A stretch of DNA of 64,000 bases, from contig CAYGRO010000002.1 in NCBI GenBank assembly GCA_964352335.1, positions 13,138-77,137 on the forward strand, read 5' to 3'. The position numbers were made by a program, and so were the translations under genes. Source of the DNA: an uncultured Gammaproteobacteria bacterium (GTDB taxonomy: Bacteria; Patescibacteriota; Patescibacteriia; VMEV01; CAYQCH01). Below are positions 49,429 through 59,055 of the stretch, one piece after another. Below the pieces are notes generated by a model. It saw only the letters and a program-made list of their open reading frames with translations, was not told the origin of the DNA and searched no databases. Each line of letters opens with the position of its first letter. Positions within the stretch are counted from its first letter, which is position 1.

Positions 49429-49836
49429 CTACAAGATAATCAAATCTTGATATTTCTCATCATTTTCTTCTGTGATTTCGACTAACTTTAGCTCTATATC
49501 CGATTTTAAATCAGATGGTAAGACATAATAGATTGTATCTGTAGGCCCTACTCGCATTCCATAATCTAAATTTGTTTCGAAGTCTTGGTTTATAAAAAGG
49601 TTCAACCCATCCTTAATAAAACCAATCTTAAATGCAATTGCGCTTTCTTGGGAAGTCGCTCTAAATACGGCAATTTTTTTCCAAGACTGAATAACTTTTT
49701 CATTGGCATCTGCATTTTCAACCGTATCTGGTAATGTGAATGGTTGAGCTTCTGGATCCCCCTTAACTTCGATCATTTTTACTTCATGCCATGCAGACCA
49801 GTCTTGTAGATTATTTTCCAATTTATAGTTGATCAT
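49429..49836 (-). CDS. hypothetical protein
   Basis: 135 aa with no motif. Confidence 0.35.
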   Translation of the reverse strand: MINYKLENNLQDWSAWHEVKMIEVKGDPEAQPFTLPDTVENADANEKVIQSWKKIAVFRATSQESAIAFKIGFIKDGLNLFINQDFETNLDYGMRVGPTDTIYYVLPSDLKSDIELKLVEITEENDEKYQDLIIL

Positions 49837-49839
49837 AGT

Positions 49840-50553
49840 TTAGCTTAAAATCTCAATATCCAAGATTTCTACATCTACAACTGGGTGATCGGCTGCTCCT
49901 GTTTCTACAGATTCAATTTTATCTACAATATCCATTCCATCTACCACTTCTCCAAAAACAGCATGCTTACCGTCTAAATGAGGTGTCGCACCTACTGTGA
50001 TAATAAAGAATTGGCTTCCATTGGTATTTGGACCCGCATTGGCCATAGAAAGCATTCCACGGACATTTTTGTGTAAATTAAATTCATCAGCAAATTTATA
50101 CCCAGGACCACCAGTTCCATGTACAGCTCGAGTATCTCGTTGTTCTCGAGTTAAAGGATCTCCACCTTGAATCATAAAATCAGAAATAACTCGGTGGAAA
50201 ACGGTTCCATCGTAAAAATCTTGTTTTGCAAGCGTTAAGAAATTGTTAACAGTATTAGGAGTTGCTTCTTCAAATAATTGAATAGTAATATCTCCCATTG
50301 TTGTTTTCATGATAACTTTTGGACCAACTTTGCTATCTGAATTTGTTTGTGTAGCTTCTGCTGGTAAATCTGTTGGAGGTGTCACTGTAATTTTTTGTCC
50401 GACTTTGTCTGATTGTGGTGTGTCATTCATATAATAATCTAGGTTAGTTGTATCGTTTGAATTATGAAAAGTAAATTCTTCTGGCTGATTACAGCTGCTC
50501 CCTAATAAAACGAGAGAACAACAAATACCTGCTAAGGCAAGTTTATTATTCAT
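49840..50553 (-). CDS. cyclophilin-type peptidyl-prolyl cis-trans isomerase, lipoprotein
   Basis: Lipobox [27 protein letters not shown] cyclophilin signature. Confidence 0.85.
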   Translation of the reverse strand: MNNKLALAGICCSLVLLGSSCNQPEEFTFHNSNDTTNLDYYMNDTPQSDKVGQKITVTPPTDLPAEATQTNSDSKVGPKVIMKTTMGDITIQLFEEATPNTVNNFLTLAKQDFYDGTVFHRVISDFMIQGGDPLTREQRDTRAVHGTGGPGYKFADEFNLHKNVRGMLSMANAGPNTNGSQFFIITVGATPHLDGKHAVFGEVVDGMDIVDKIESVETGAADHPVVDVEILDIEILS

Positions 50554-50564
50554 AGTAGTTTTCT

Positions 50565-50660
50565 TGTCATTTCGACCGAAGCCCCTTTAGGGCGTAGTGG
50601 AGAAATCTACTAACTCTTGTTGGAAGATTTCTCGGCTTCGCTCGAAATGACAGGTTAATT
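50565..50660. repeat. GC-rich nested palindromic element (TGTCATTTCGA.. / ..TCGAAATGACA termini)
   Basis: 18-bp outer stem GTCATTTCGACCGAAGCC / GGCTTCGCTCGAAATGAC with one mismatch. Inner 9-bp stem GAGAAATCT / AGATTTCTC. Lies between the uvrC stop and the ppi start. Confidence 0.55.
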
Positions 50661-50663
50661 TGG

Positions 50664-52286
50664 TTAATGTTTATCTTTTATCATGCCTTTCTTTCTCAAG
50701 AGGCGATGATAGGTAATTGCAAAACGATGAGCCTCATTACGGATTTGCATCAATAATTTGAGCCCAGGTTCTTTATGAGACAATTTTAAGGTCTCAAGTT
50801 CTTCTACACGATAAATCTCTTCTTCTTTCTTGGCAAGTCCTATAACTGGAACCTTTAATTTTAAGGCTTTTAAAACCTCCCATGCCGCATTTAATTGTCC
50901 CCTACCTCCATCTATTACAATGAGATCGGGCAAAGGTTTCTTTTCTTCGATTAACCGTTTATAGCGTCTTCCAACAACTTCCGCCATCGAAGCAAAATCG
51001 TCTTGTTGGAGAACCGTTTTAATCTTGAACTTTCGATAATTCGATTTATCTGGTACCCCACCTCGAAATTGCACCATGGAAGCAACATTATATTGACCTT
51101 GAATAGTGGAAATATCAAAACATTCGATGACATTTGGTACCCCTGGTAAATTTAAATGCGCTTGTAAACTGAGTAATGATTTATCTTCTTGCTCGGTTGC
51201 AAAAAGAATATTTCTATAAACAAGGTCGAGCAATTTCTTTTTATCACCAATACGCGGAACTTTTAGCTGAACAACTTTTCCTTTTAGTTTAGTTAAATAG
51301 GCTTCTAATAATTTTTTATCCGGCAAATCTGTTGGGATAAGCAAAGAATCTGGAACCGTATTTGTTTGATAATACTGTTGAATAAAATCAGAAATAATCA
51401 CAAGATCATGATCTATTGTGCCATCTGGTTTAATAATATCTCTTTCGAAAGTGAATTCTTGTTTACCAGAAACACGTCCTTTATCTACTTTAAACATTTG
51501 TAAATACAGCGTCTCACCCACACCAATCCAATGCATAATATCTTCGTCATATGATCTATACATGGTCATTTTTTGTCTTGCTTGGAATTTTCGTAAAGAA
51601 GCTATTTGATCTCGCCTTACTTTTGCTTGTTCATATAATTGCTTTTCAGAAAATGATTGCATCTCTTGCGACAATTGCTTGATAACTAATTTATTTCTTC
51701 CCTGAAGAACTTGTTTTGCTGCTTTCATATTCGCGCCATATTCCGTTTTTGTCGTTTTCTTAATACAAGGAGCTTCGCAATTGCCAATATAAAATTGTAA
51801 ACAAGCTTCTTTTGGTAATTTTGCTCCACAGGTTCGAATTTTGAAGATTGAACGCAATAATCTAGCAGAATTTTCTCTCGCCGTTCCATCTGTATACGGG
51901 CCAAAATACAAAGCTCCATCTTTTTGACGTTTACGGACTGTTAGTAAGCGTGGAAAGTCTTCATTTGTGATTTTCAAGTAAGCATAACGAACACCGTCTT
52001 TAAGTGCGATATTATACCGTGGTTGATGTTGCCGAATAAGGCGCGCCTCTAAGATCAAGGCTTCGATTTCGGTATCTGTTAAAAAGATTTCGATTTGGTC
52101 AATTTCACGGACAAGCCACATTGTTTTCCCTTCCTGTTTTTTCGAAAAATAGGAAGAAACACGCTTTTTAAGCGCTTTGGCTTTACCAATATAAATGATC
52201 ACACCCTGTTTATTTTTATAGATATAAACACCAGGCTTAAGTGGAAGATCATTGATTGTTTTTTTGAGTTTTTCGTTGGCTGGCAT
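50664..52286 (-). CDS. uvrC: excinuclease ABC subunit C
   Basis: N-terminal GIY-YIG (PGVYIYKNKQGVIIYIGKAKALKKR). UvrBC-interaction and RNase H-like/HhH C-terminal regions. Confidence 0.9.
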   Translation of the reverse strand: MPANEKLKKTINDLPLKPGVYIYKNKQGVIIYIGKAKALKKRVSSYFSKKQEGKTMWLVREIDQIEIFLTDTEIEALILEARLIRQHQPRYNIALKDGVRYAYLKITNEDFPRLLTVRKRQKDGALYFGPYTDGTARENSARLLRSIFKIRTCGAKLPKEACLQFYIGNCEAPCIKKTTKTEYGANMKAAKQVLQGRNKLVIKQLSQEMQSFSEKQLYEQAKVRRDQIASLRKFQARQKMTMYRSYDEDIMHWIGVGETLYLQMFKVDKGRVSGKQEFTFERDIIKPDGTIDHDLVIISDFIQQYYQTNTVPDSLLIPTDLPDKKLLEAYLTKLKGKVVQLKVPRIGDKKKLLDLVYRNILFATEQEDKSLLSLQAHLNLPGVPNVIECFDISTIQGQYNVASMVQFRGGVPDKSNYRKFKIKTVLQQDDFASMAEVVGRRYKRLIEEKKPLPDLIVIDGGRGQLNAAWEVLKALKLKVPVIGLAKKEEEIYRVEELETLKLSHKEPGLKLLMQIRNEAHRFAITYHRLLRKKGMIKDKH

Positions 52287-52296
52287 GTTGATTCTA

Positions 52297-55125
52297 TTAT
52301 TTCAACATTGGTTGTAAGAATTGACCGGTATAACTTTTTTTATTGGCAGCAATATCTTCTGGAGTACCTGTTGCAATAATTTTTCCTCCTCCATCACCAC
52401 CTTCTGGACCAAGGTCGATAATATGATCCGCTGTTTTAATAACATCCAGATTATGTTCAATCACAACAATAGTATTACCACGATCAACAAGTCTATTTAA
52501 GACTTCTAATAATTTCTCGATATCAGAAAAATGTAAACCAGTTGTTGGTTCATCTAAAATATACAATGTTTTCCCTGTATCTCTTTTCGATAATTCTGAT
52601 GTTAATTTAATCCGTTGTGCCTCACCACCAGAAAGTGTGGTAGAACTTTGACCTAACTTGATATATCCAAGCCCAACATCATTTAAGGTTGCCATTTTCT
52701 TTTGAATTTTTGGGATGCGCTCAAAAAAGACTAAAGCTTCTTCAACCGACATATCTAAAACATCAGCAATTGTTTTTCCTCGGTATTTTACTTCTAATGT
52801 TTCTCGATTATACCGTTTCCCTTTACATGTTTCGCATTCTACAAAAACATCAGGTAAAAAATGCATTTCGATTCGCAACACTCCATCTCCGTCACAAGTA
52901 TCACATCTCCCACCAGCTACATTGAAGCTAAACCTCCCTGCTTTATAACCACGTTCTTTGGCTTCTTTGCTTTGTGCAAATAAATCGCGTACATCGCCGA
53001 ACACTTTAATATAAGTTGCAGGATTCGATCTTGGAGTTCTTCCAATTGGACTTTGGTCAATATTAATCACTTTATCGAATTGTTCAAACCCTTTTAAGGC
53101 TTTAAATTTACCAGTGACTTTATGCGAACGATGTAATTTATTGGCTAAACCTTTATAGAGAATTTCATTTACAAGTGTACTTTTCCCACTTCCTGACACT
53201 CCTGTTACACAAGTTAAAATACCTACAGGAAAAGAGGCCGAAACTTTTTTGAGATTATTTTGCTCCGCTTCTTGCACTTCTAAAACATCTTTATACTCTC
53301 GTCGTTTAGCTGGTATAGCAATTTTCTTTTTTCCAGAGAGATATTGTCCTGTTTTTGATTTAGGATCACGTTTTACTTGCGCAGGAGTTCCTTGAGAAAT
53401 AATTCTTCCACCATGAATACCAGCTCCAGGGCCAATATCGATTAAATGATCCGCCGCATTCATGGTATCTTCGTCATGTTCAACCACAATTAATGTATTT
53501 CCGATATCTCGAAGACGATGAAGGGTTGAAATCAAGCGTTGATTATCTCTTTGATGTAGACCAATCGAAGGTTCATCGAGAATATACATAACCCCACGTA
53601 ATTCTGATCCAATTTGAGTAGCCAAACGAATTCGTTGCGCTTCTCCACCAGAAAGAGTTCCGGCTGAACGTGAAAGAGTTAAGTAACTTAAACCAACATC
53701 GTTCAAAAACTTTAATCGATCATGCACTTCTTTAACCACCATTTTGGCAATTTGTTTTTCTGTCGCATTTAATTTAAGTTTTTTGATTTTGTCTAAAGCT
53801 TTTTCTACAGATAGATCCGTAAACTCAATAATATTCATTTTATCGATAGTCACAGCCAGAACAACCGCTTTTAATCGATGCCCATCACATTCTGGACAGG
53901 GCTTTTCTGTCATGAATTTCATGATACGTTCGCGTCGATCTTCTGAATCTGTTTCTTGTAAATATCTTTGTAATTGCGGAATCACACCTTCCCATTCACC
54001 AAAATGACGGAACATGGACCCTTTTTTCGATTCAAAAACAACTTCAATCTCTTCCCCATTTCCATGCATGACCATTTTCACAATCTCTTTAGGCAAGTCT
54101 TCAATCGCACTTCGAAGATTGAATTTATAATAATCAGCCAAGGCTTCCATATACGTCATTCGCCAGGTATTTGGCCCTTTCCATGGTGCAATTGCTCCAA
54201 TATCAGCAAATGAAAGTGATTTATCTGGAATAATTAATTCTTCATCAAATTCTTGAGCCACCCCAAGCCCATGACAAGTATCACAAGCACCAAAAGGCGA
54301 ATTAAAAGAAAATAAACGTGGTTCTAATTGTTCCACATTTACATGATCATCGGGACAAGAGAGATGTTGAGAAAAGACTTCTTGCTGTTCATCGTCACCA
54401 AATAAAACCATCACAAGACCTTCTGCTGTATCTAAGGCTGTTTCAACTGAGTCATTAATTCTTGTTCTAGTATCTTTATCTGTATCAACTTTAATACGGT
54501 CAACAATAACTTCGATAAAATGTTTTTTCTTTTTATCTAATTTAATTTCTTCCGAGATATCATAAATTTTTCCATTTACACGAATACGAGCAAAACCATC
54601 TTTTTCTAATCGTTTAAACAATTCAACATAGGTTCCCTTTTTTCCTCGAATAATAGGAGCTAGAATTTGGATTTTGGTTCCGTTTTTTTGTTTCAAAATA
54701 GTATCCGTAATATCTTGTGCAGATTGAGAGACAATTTCTTTGGAACAAACCGGACAATGTGGTTTACCAATACGCGCATAAAGCAAACGTAAATAGTCGT
54801 AAATTTCGGTAATCGTACCAACCGTTGACCGTGGATTCTTTGAAACCGATTTTTGTTCAATAGAAATAGCCGGGCTTAACCCCCGAATAGCATCTACATC
54901 TGGCTTATTCATTAAACCTAAAAATTGCCGAGCATAGGCAGAAAGACTTTCTACATAGCGTCTTTGACCTTCGGCATAAATGGTATCAAAAGCCAAAGAA
55001 GACTTACCTGATCCAGATAAGCCCGTAATAACGTTTAATTTCCCCAAAGGGATTTTCACGTTAATATTCTTCAAATTATGTTCCCTTGCCCCTTGAATTG
55101 TGAGGTATTCTTGTTGTTTAGGCAT
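52297..55125 (-). CDS. uvrA: excinuclease ABC subunit A
   Basis: Two ABC ATPase modules (GLSGSGKSSLAFDT and GVSGSGKSTLV). Zinc-finger cysteine clusters. 942 aa. Confidence 0.95.
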   Translation of the reverse strand: MPKQQEYLTIQGAREHNLKNINVKIPLGKLNVITGLSGSGKSSLAFDTIYAEGQRRYVESLSAYARQFLGLMNKPDVDAIRGLSPAISIEQKSVSKNPRSTVGTITEIYDYLRLLYARIGKPHCPVCSKEIVSQSAQDITDTILKQKNGTKIQILAPIIRGKKGTYVELFKRLEKDGFARIRVNGKIYDISEEIKLDKKKKHFIEVIVDRIKVDTDKDTRTRINDSVETALDTAEGLVMVLFGDDEQQEVFSQHLSCPDDHVNVEQLEPRLFSFNSPFGACDTCHGLGVAQEFDEELIIPDKSLSFADIGAIAPWKGPNTWRMTYMEALADYYKFNLRSAIEDLPKEIVKMVMHGNGEEIEVVFESKKGSMFRHFGEWEGVIPQLQRYLQETDSEDRRERIMKFMTEKPCPECDGHRLKAVVLAVTIDKMNIIEFTDLSVEKALDKIKKLKLNATEKQIAKMVVKEVHDRLKFLNDVGLSYLTLSRSAGTLSGGEAQRIRLATQIGSELRGVMYILDEPSIGLHQRDNQRLISTLHRLRDIGNTLIVVEHDEDTMNAADHLIDIGPGAGIHGGRIISQGTPAQVKRDPKSKTGQYLSGKKKIAIPAKRREYKDVLEVQEAEQNNLKKVSASFPVGILTCVTGVSGSGKSTLVNEILYKGLANKLHRSHKVTGKFKALKGFEQFDKVINIDQSPIGRTPRSNPATYIKVFGDVRDLFAQSKEAKERGYKAGRFSFNVAGGRCDTCDGDGVLRIEMHFLPDVFVECETCKGKRYNRETLEVKYRGKTIADVLDMSVEEALVFFERIPKIQKKMATLNDVGLGYIKLGQSSTTLSGGEAQRIKLTSELSKRDTGKTLYILDEPTTGLHFSDIEKLLEVLNRLVDRGNTIVVIEHNLDVIKTADHIIDLGPEGGDGGGKIIATGTPEDIAANKKSYTGQFLQPMLK

Positions 55126-55132
55126 TTTTATT

Positions 55133-55165
55133 CCCTGTCATCCTTCCCTTTTGGGAGGAATCTCA
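55133..55165. repeat. partial copy of the TGTCAT-type GC-rich hairpin element in the uvrA 5' leader
   Basis: CCTGTCATCCTTCCCTTTTGGGAGGAATCTC shares TGTCAT...GGAATCTC with the element at 60478-60548. Confidence 0.3.
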
Positions 55166-55412
55166 TGATTTACTTGATTAACTGAGGACGGTTAATGGTA
55201 TGATTATAGTAGAATTTTGGGGGTTTGGGTAGTGTTGTGAAGACCATCTTTTTGTTACGATTTTATGAGCATTTTCACAGATAGCTATTACATTGTATGC
55301 TGTATCATTAAACGGTTAGAATGTTTATACCGAAATTTAACAAGATACACAAAATAATTCACAGTAAAAATTATATCTCTACTCATCTTAAAACAAGTAG
55401 TAAAACTGCCTT

Positions 55413-55880
55413 ATGAAATATTCCAGATTTATAATAAGCAATTTTAAAGGTATTGATGAAATCACAATCGATTTTTCGAACAATCGAGTAATAACACTAG
55501 TTGGCCTCAATGAGAGTGGGAAAACAACCATAATGGAGGCTATCCACTTGTTTTATAAAATGCTTAAGGGCGACGAACCAAGTGAAAGTGAACTAAAAAC
55601 ATTGCGTCCGAAGGGGGCAGGCTTCACTGGTAACATCAAAATAACAGGCGAATTGGTTTTAGAAGAAATTGATAAGAAAAAAATCAATAAATATTGGAAA
55701 CATGATCTTAACTTATCTGGTTGGTGGATCTTAGTCCCATTTGTAAACTCTCTTTTATGGCTCGGGGGGTTCTTTTTAAGAGGTATCTCAGGCGAAAATA
55801 AGTATGGCCAACCACCAACAAATGATACATCACTCACTGAAGCATTATTTGCGCCACAACCATTACCTCAAACGAAATAA
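55413..55880 (+). pseudogene. N-terminal fragment of an OLD/ABC-type (AAA_15/AAA_21-like) ATPase; the C-terminal half is not ATPase-like and the gene appears truncated
   Basis: The first about 95 aa (RFIISNFKGIDEITIDFSNNRVITLVGLNESGKTTIMEAI) match the P-loop N-terminus of OLD/RecF-like ATPases. No Walker B or signature motif follows. The ORF stops at the uvrB stop codon. Confidence 0.5.
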
Positions 55881-55885
55881 CTAGC

Positions 55886-57841
55886 TTATAGTATCTCATC
55901 ATCATTCATCCCATGCCTCCCCTTCACCTCACTAATCTCATCCCGCAATTCAATCGCTCGTTCAAAATCCATATTTTCCGCAGAAATTTTCATCGCTGCT
56001 TCTAATTCAGCTAAAAGATCTGGAACATTATCGATATCTTTATAAAGTTTTTTCACATCTTCATCCAAAGACAATCGTTCTCGAATTTTTTTACTAATAC
56101 CAACAGGTTCAATATTATGCTTGGTATTATAATCTTCTTGAATTTTTCGACGACGATTCGTTTCTGAAATCGCTTTTTTCATTGAATCGGTCGTTTTTGA
56201 CGCATACATAATCACACGACCATTCACATTACGCGCGGCACGACCAATTGTTTGGATTAAACTTCTTTCATTACGTAAAAACCCTTCTTTATCAGCATCC
56301 AAAATTGCGACGAGTTCCACCTCTGGGATGTCTAATCCCTCTCTAAGTAAATTGATACCAACTAGACAATCAAAACGTTTCATACGCAAATCTCGTAAGA
56401 TTTCTGTACGTTCAATTGTATCGATTTCACTATGAAGATACCGAACTCGAATACCATTTTTTGCTAAATGATCAGAGAGATCTTCGGCCATTCGTTTGGT
56501 TAAAGTTGTTACCAAAACACGATTATCTCTTGATAAAGTATCTTTAATTTCTTTTACCAAGTCCTCGATTTGCCCATCTTGTTCTCGAACCTCAATTGGA
56601 GGGTCTAATAAACCTGTTGGACGAATAATTTGTTCAACAACTAATGGGGTTCTTTGTAATTCAAAAATCGTTGGAGTCGCACTCACAAAAACAGTATTCT
56701 TCATATATTTTTCAAACTCTTCAAACTTTAACGGACGATTATCTAATGCACTTGGTAATCGAAAACCATATTCGACAAGGTTTTCCTTTCGTGAACGATC
56801 ACCTTTATACATTCCACCAACTTGAGGGATTGTCACATGTGACTCATCGATAAATAAAAGAAAATCATCGGGGAAGAAATCTAATAATGTCTTAGGAGCT
56901 TCACCTGGTTTACGTCTATCAAAATGACGAGAATAATTTTCGATTCCCTTACAAGACCCAAATTCTTTAATCAATTCTAAATCGTATAAAGTTCTTTGCT
57001 TTAAACGATGTGCTTCTAATTGAGGAAGTGTTTTAAGCCTTTCATCTAATTCCGCTTTAATATCTTTAATCGCCGGTTTCATATCATCGGGATTTACCCA
57101 ATATGGATTACGCGGAAAAACCGTTAATTCGTCGAGAGCAATAATTTCTTTTTGAGTTGTTAAATGTCGTTCAGAAATTTTTTCAATTTCATCTCCAAAT
57201 AATTCAATTCTATAAATCGAACCACCAAACCCTTGAATCAAATCTATCGTATCCCCTTTTCCTCTAAAGGTCCCAGTTTTTAATTCTATATCATTTCGTT
57301 CAAAACCAATACGAACCAATTGTGCAAATAATGCTTTGCGAGAAATCTTTTGTCCTTTTTTAAGTTCAAAACTCGCTTCTTTAAATGTTTCTGGTCTACC
57401 AAAACCGTAAATACAAGAAACAGAAGAAACAATAATAACATCTTTTCTACTAATCAAATCAGCTGCCGAAGCTAAACGAAATTCTTCAATTTTTTCATTC
57501 ACCAAAGTTGATTTTTCAATAAATGTATCACTCGCCGGCATATAACTTTCCGGTTGGTAATAGTCGTAATAAGAAATAAAATAATTCACTCTATTATTTG
57601 GAAAAAACTCTTTCATTTCTGAATACAATTGAGCCGCCAATGTTTTATTATGAGACAAAATTAACGCAGGTCTCCCTGTTTGAGCAATCACATTTGCCAT
57701 GGTAAACGTCTTCCCACTCCCCGTAACACCGAGTAAAGTTTGATATTGCTTTTTCTTTTTCAACCCAGCAACAAGCTTCTCAATTGCTTGAGGTTGGTCT
57801 CCTTTCGGTTCGTATTCAGATTGCAGATCAAATAGAGGCAT
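55886..57841 (-). CDS. uvrB: excinuclease ABC subunit B
   Basis: GVTGSGKT Walker A, helicase motifs and a UvrB beta-hairpin region. 651 aa. Confidence 0.95.
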   Translation of the reverse strand: MPLFDLQSEYEPKGDQPQAIEKLVAGLKKKKQYQTLLGVTGSGKTFTMANVIAQTGRPALILSHNKTLAAQLYSEMKEFFPNNRVNYFISYYDYYQPESYMPASDTFIEKSTLVNEKIEEFRLASAADLISRKDVIIVSSVSCIYGFGRPETFKEASFELKKGQKISRKALFAQLVRIGFERNDIELKTGTFRGKGDTIDLIQGFGGSIYRIELFGDEIEKISERHLTTQKEIIALDELTVFPRNPYWVNPDDMKPAIKDIKAELDERLKTLPQLEAHRLKQRTLYDLELIKEFGSCKGIENYSRHFDRRKPGEAPKTLLDFFPDDFLLFIDESHVTIPQVGGMYKGDRSRKENLVEYGFRLPSALDNRPLKFEEFEKYMKNTVFVSATPTIFELQRTPLVVEQIIRPTGLLDPPIEVREQDGQIEDLVKEIKDTLSRDNRVLVTTLTKRMAEDLSDHLAKNGIRVRYLHSEIDTIERTEILRDLRMKRFDCLVGINLLREGLDIPEVELVAILDADKEGFLRNERSLIQTIGRAARNVNGRVIMYASKTTDSMKKAISETNRRRKIQEDYNTKHNIEPVGISKKIRERLSLDEDVKKLYKDIDNVPDLLAELEAAMKISAENMDFERAIELRDEISEVKGRHGMNDDEIL

Positions 57842-57879
57842 AAGTACTTATTTATAGCAGGAAAATGTGGATCACTCAA

Positions 57880-57905
57880 GCCGTCGGGACGGCGTATTTT
57901 TTAGT
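57880..57905 (+). terminator. terminator-like hairpin (GCCGTC-GG-GACGGC + T-run) with no upstream plus-strand gene
   Basis: CAAGCCGTCGGGACGGCGTATTTTTTAG, seen in sequence. Orientation is ambiguous, because an A-run precedes it on the other strand. Confidence 0.35.
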
Positions 57906-58045
57906 GGATAGATCTGATTCAAAACCAGAGCGTATGTTTGTTAAACTTAGTTTATACCTAGTACTTTACCACCCCAGTTTGGCGAAGCCAAACTACCCCT
58001 CCTAATCTAGCCCTCGGCCATGAGCTCGGGCCGAATGGGAGGGGT

Positions 58046-58423
58046 ATGTATGTTTATATGTATTTACATAATGATTCGTCTTCAAAACTGTTAAGAAAAA
58101 CAACAAGAAACAATGCTACAAATAGTGAACGACTATTATGGTCAAAACTTCGGCGAAAACAGTTAGGTGGTTTTAAATTTAGAAGAAATCATCAAATCCT
58201 GAGATATTATGTTGATTTCTATTGTCCATCAGCTCGCTTAGCAATTGAAGTAGATGGAAAGATTCATGAGAATCCACAAAACAAATTATATGATCAAATA
58301 AGAGATAAAGAAATTAGGACGTTAAACATCAATATTCTTCGTTTTAGCAACGATGATATTACACAAAACACACAACAAGTACTTGAAATAATCCTAAAGA
58401 ATCTCACTACTTCCCCCTACTAA
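58046..58423 (+). CDS. DUF559 (Vsr-like endonuclease fold) domain protein
   Basis: ERLLWSKLRRKQLGGFKFRRNHQILRYYVDFYCPSARLAIEVDGKIHE...YDQIRDKEIRTLNINILRFSNDDI matches the DUF559 signature. The true start may be an internal Met. Confidence 0.7.
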   Translation: MYVYMYLHNDSSSKLLRKTTRNNATNSERLLWSKLRRKQLGGFKFRRNHQILRYYVDFYCPSARLAIEVDGKIHENPQNKLYDQIRDKEIRTLNINILRFSNDDITQNTQQVLEIILKNLTTSPY

Positions 58424-58448
58424 GTTAGGAGGGGGCTAGGGGGTGGTA

Positions 58449-59054
58449 CTACTCCCACTCCTCATAAAACCGCTCCAAAAACCCTTCCATATAATCATGC
58501 CTTTCCTTTGCCATTTGTTTACCAGTCTCCGTATTCATCAAATCTTTCAACTTAAGTAATTTGTCATAAAAATGTTGAATAGAATGTTTCCCTTCTTTAT
58601 CATTTGGATCATAAATCGGTCTTCCCATTTTCGCCCCTGTTGCAAAACATCGCGCAATACCAATCGCACCTATGGCTTCCAGCCTATCTGCATCTTGAAC
58701 AATTTTACCTTCTTTAGATTTCATTGGTCCTGCATTTTTTGAATAAGAAATGGTTGAAACAATTTCAACAACTTCATGAATCAATTCAGGTTCTAGATTC
58801 AATGACCCTAACCATTCTCTTGTCATTTTTGGCCCAATAGAGTAATCCCCTCCATGGTTTTTATGATCAGCAATATCATGAAGCAAGGCAGCCAGTTCTA
58901 CCACAAAAAGATTTACATCAATTTCGTTTTCTGCAATTTGCATTGCATTTTTTCTAACAAGATGAATATGATACCAATCATGCCCCGAGCTTTCGCCAGC
59001 AAGTGTGTCTTGAACAAATTGTTCTGTTTTACTTATAACTTCGGTTGGAGACAT
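58449..59054 (-). CDS. HD-domain phosphohydrolase
   Basis: HDWYH...LHDIADHK is the H...HD...D metal-binding pattern. 201 aa. Coupled to the upstream lpd by a stop-1nt-ATG junction. Confidence 0.75.
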   Translation of the reverse strand: MSPTEVISKTEQFVQDTLAGESSGHDWYHIHLVRKNAMQIAENEIDVNLFVVELAALLHDIADHKNHGGDYSIGPKMTREWLGSLNLEPELIHEVVEIVSTISYSKNAGPMKSKEGKIVQDADRLEAIGAIGIARCFATGAKMGRPIYDPNDKEGKHSIQHFYDKLLKLKDLMNTETGKQMAKERHDYMEGFLERFYEEWE

Positions 59055-59055
59055 A

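Noticed and set aside
55126-55412. Possible LexA/Cheo-type SOS boxes upstream of uvrA, uvrB and uvrC, including the idea that TTGTCAT half-sites are operator halves
   Set aside because: There is no convincing GAAC-N4-GTTC or CTGT-N8-ACAG match. The TTGTCAT motifs are 55-80 bp apart, too far for a dimeric operator. They are reported instead as a repeat family.
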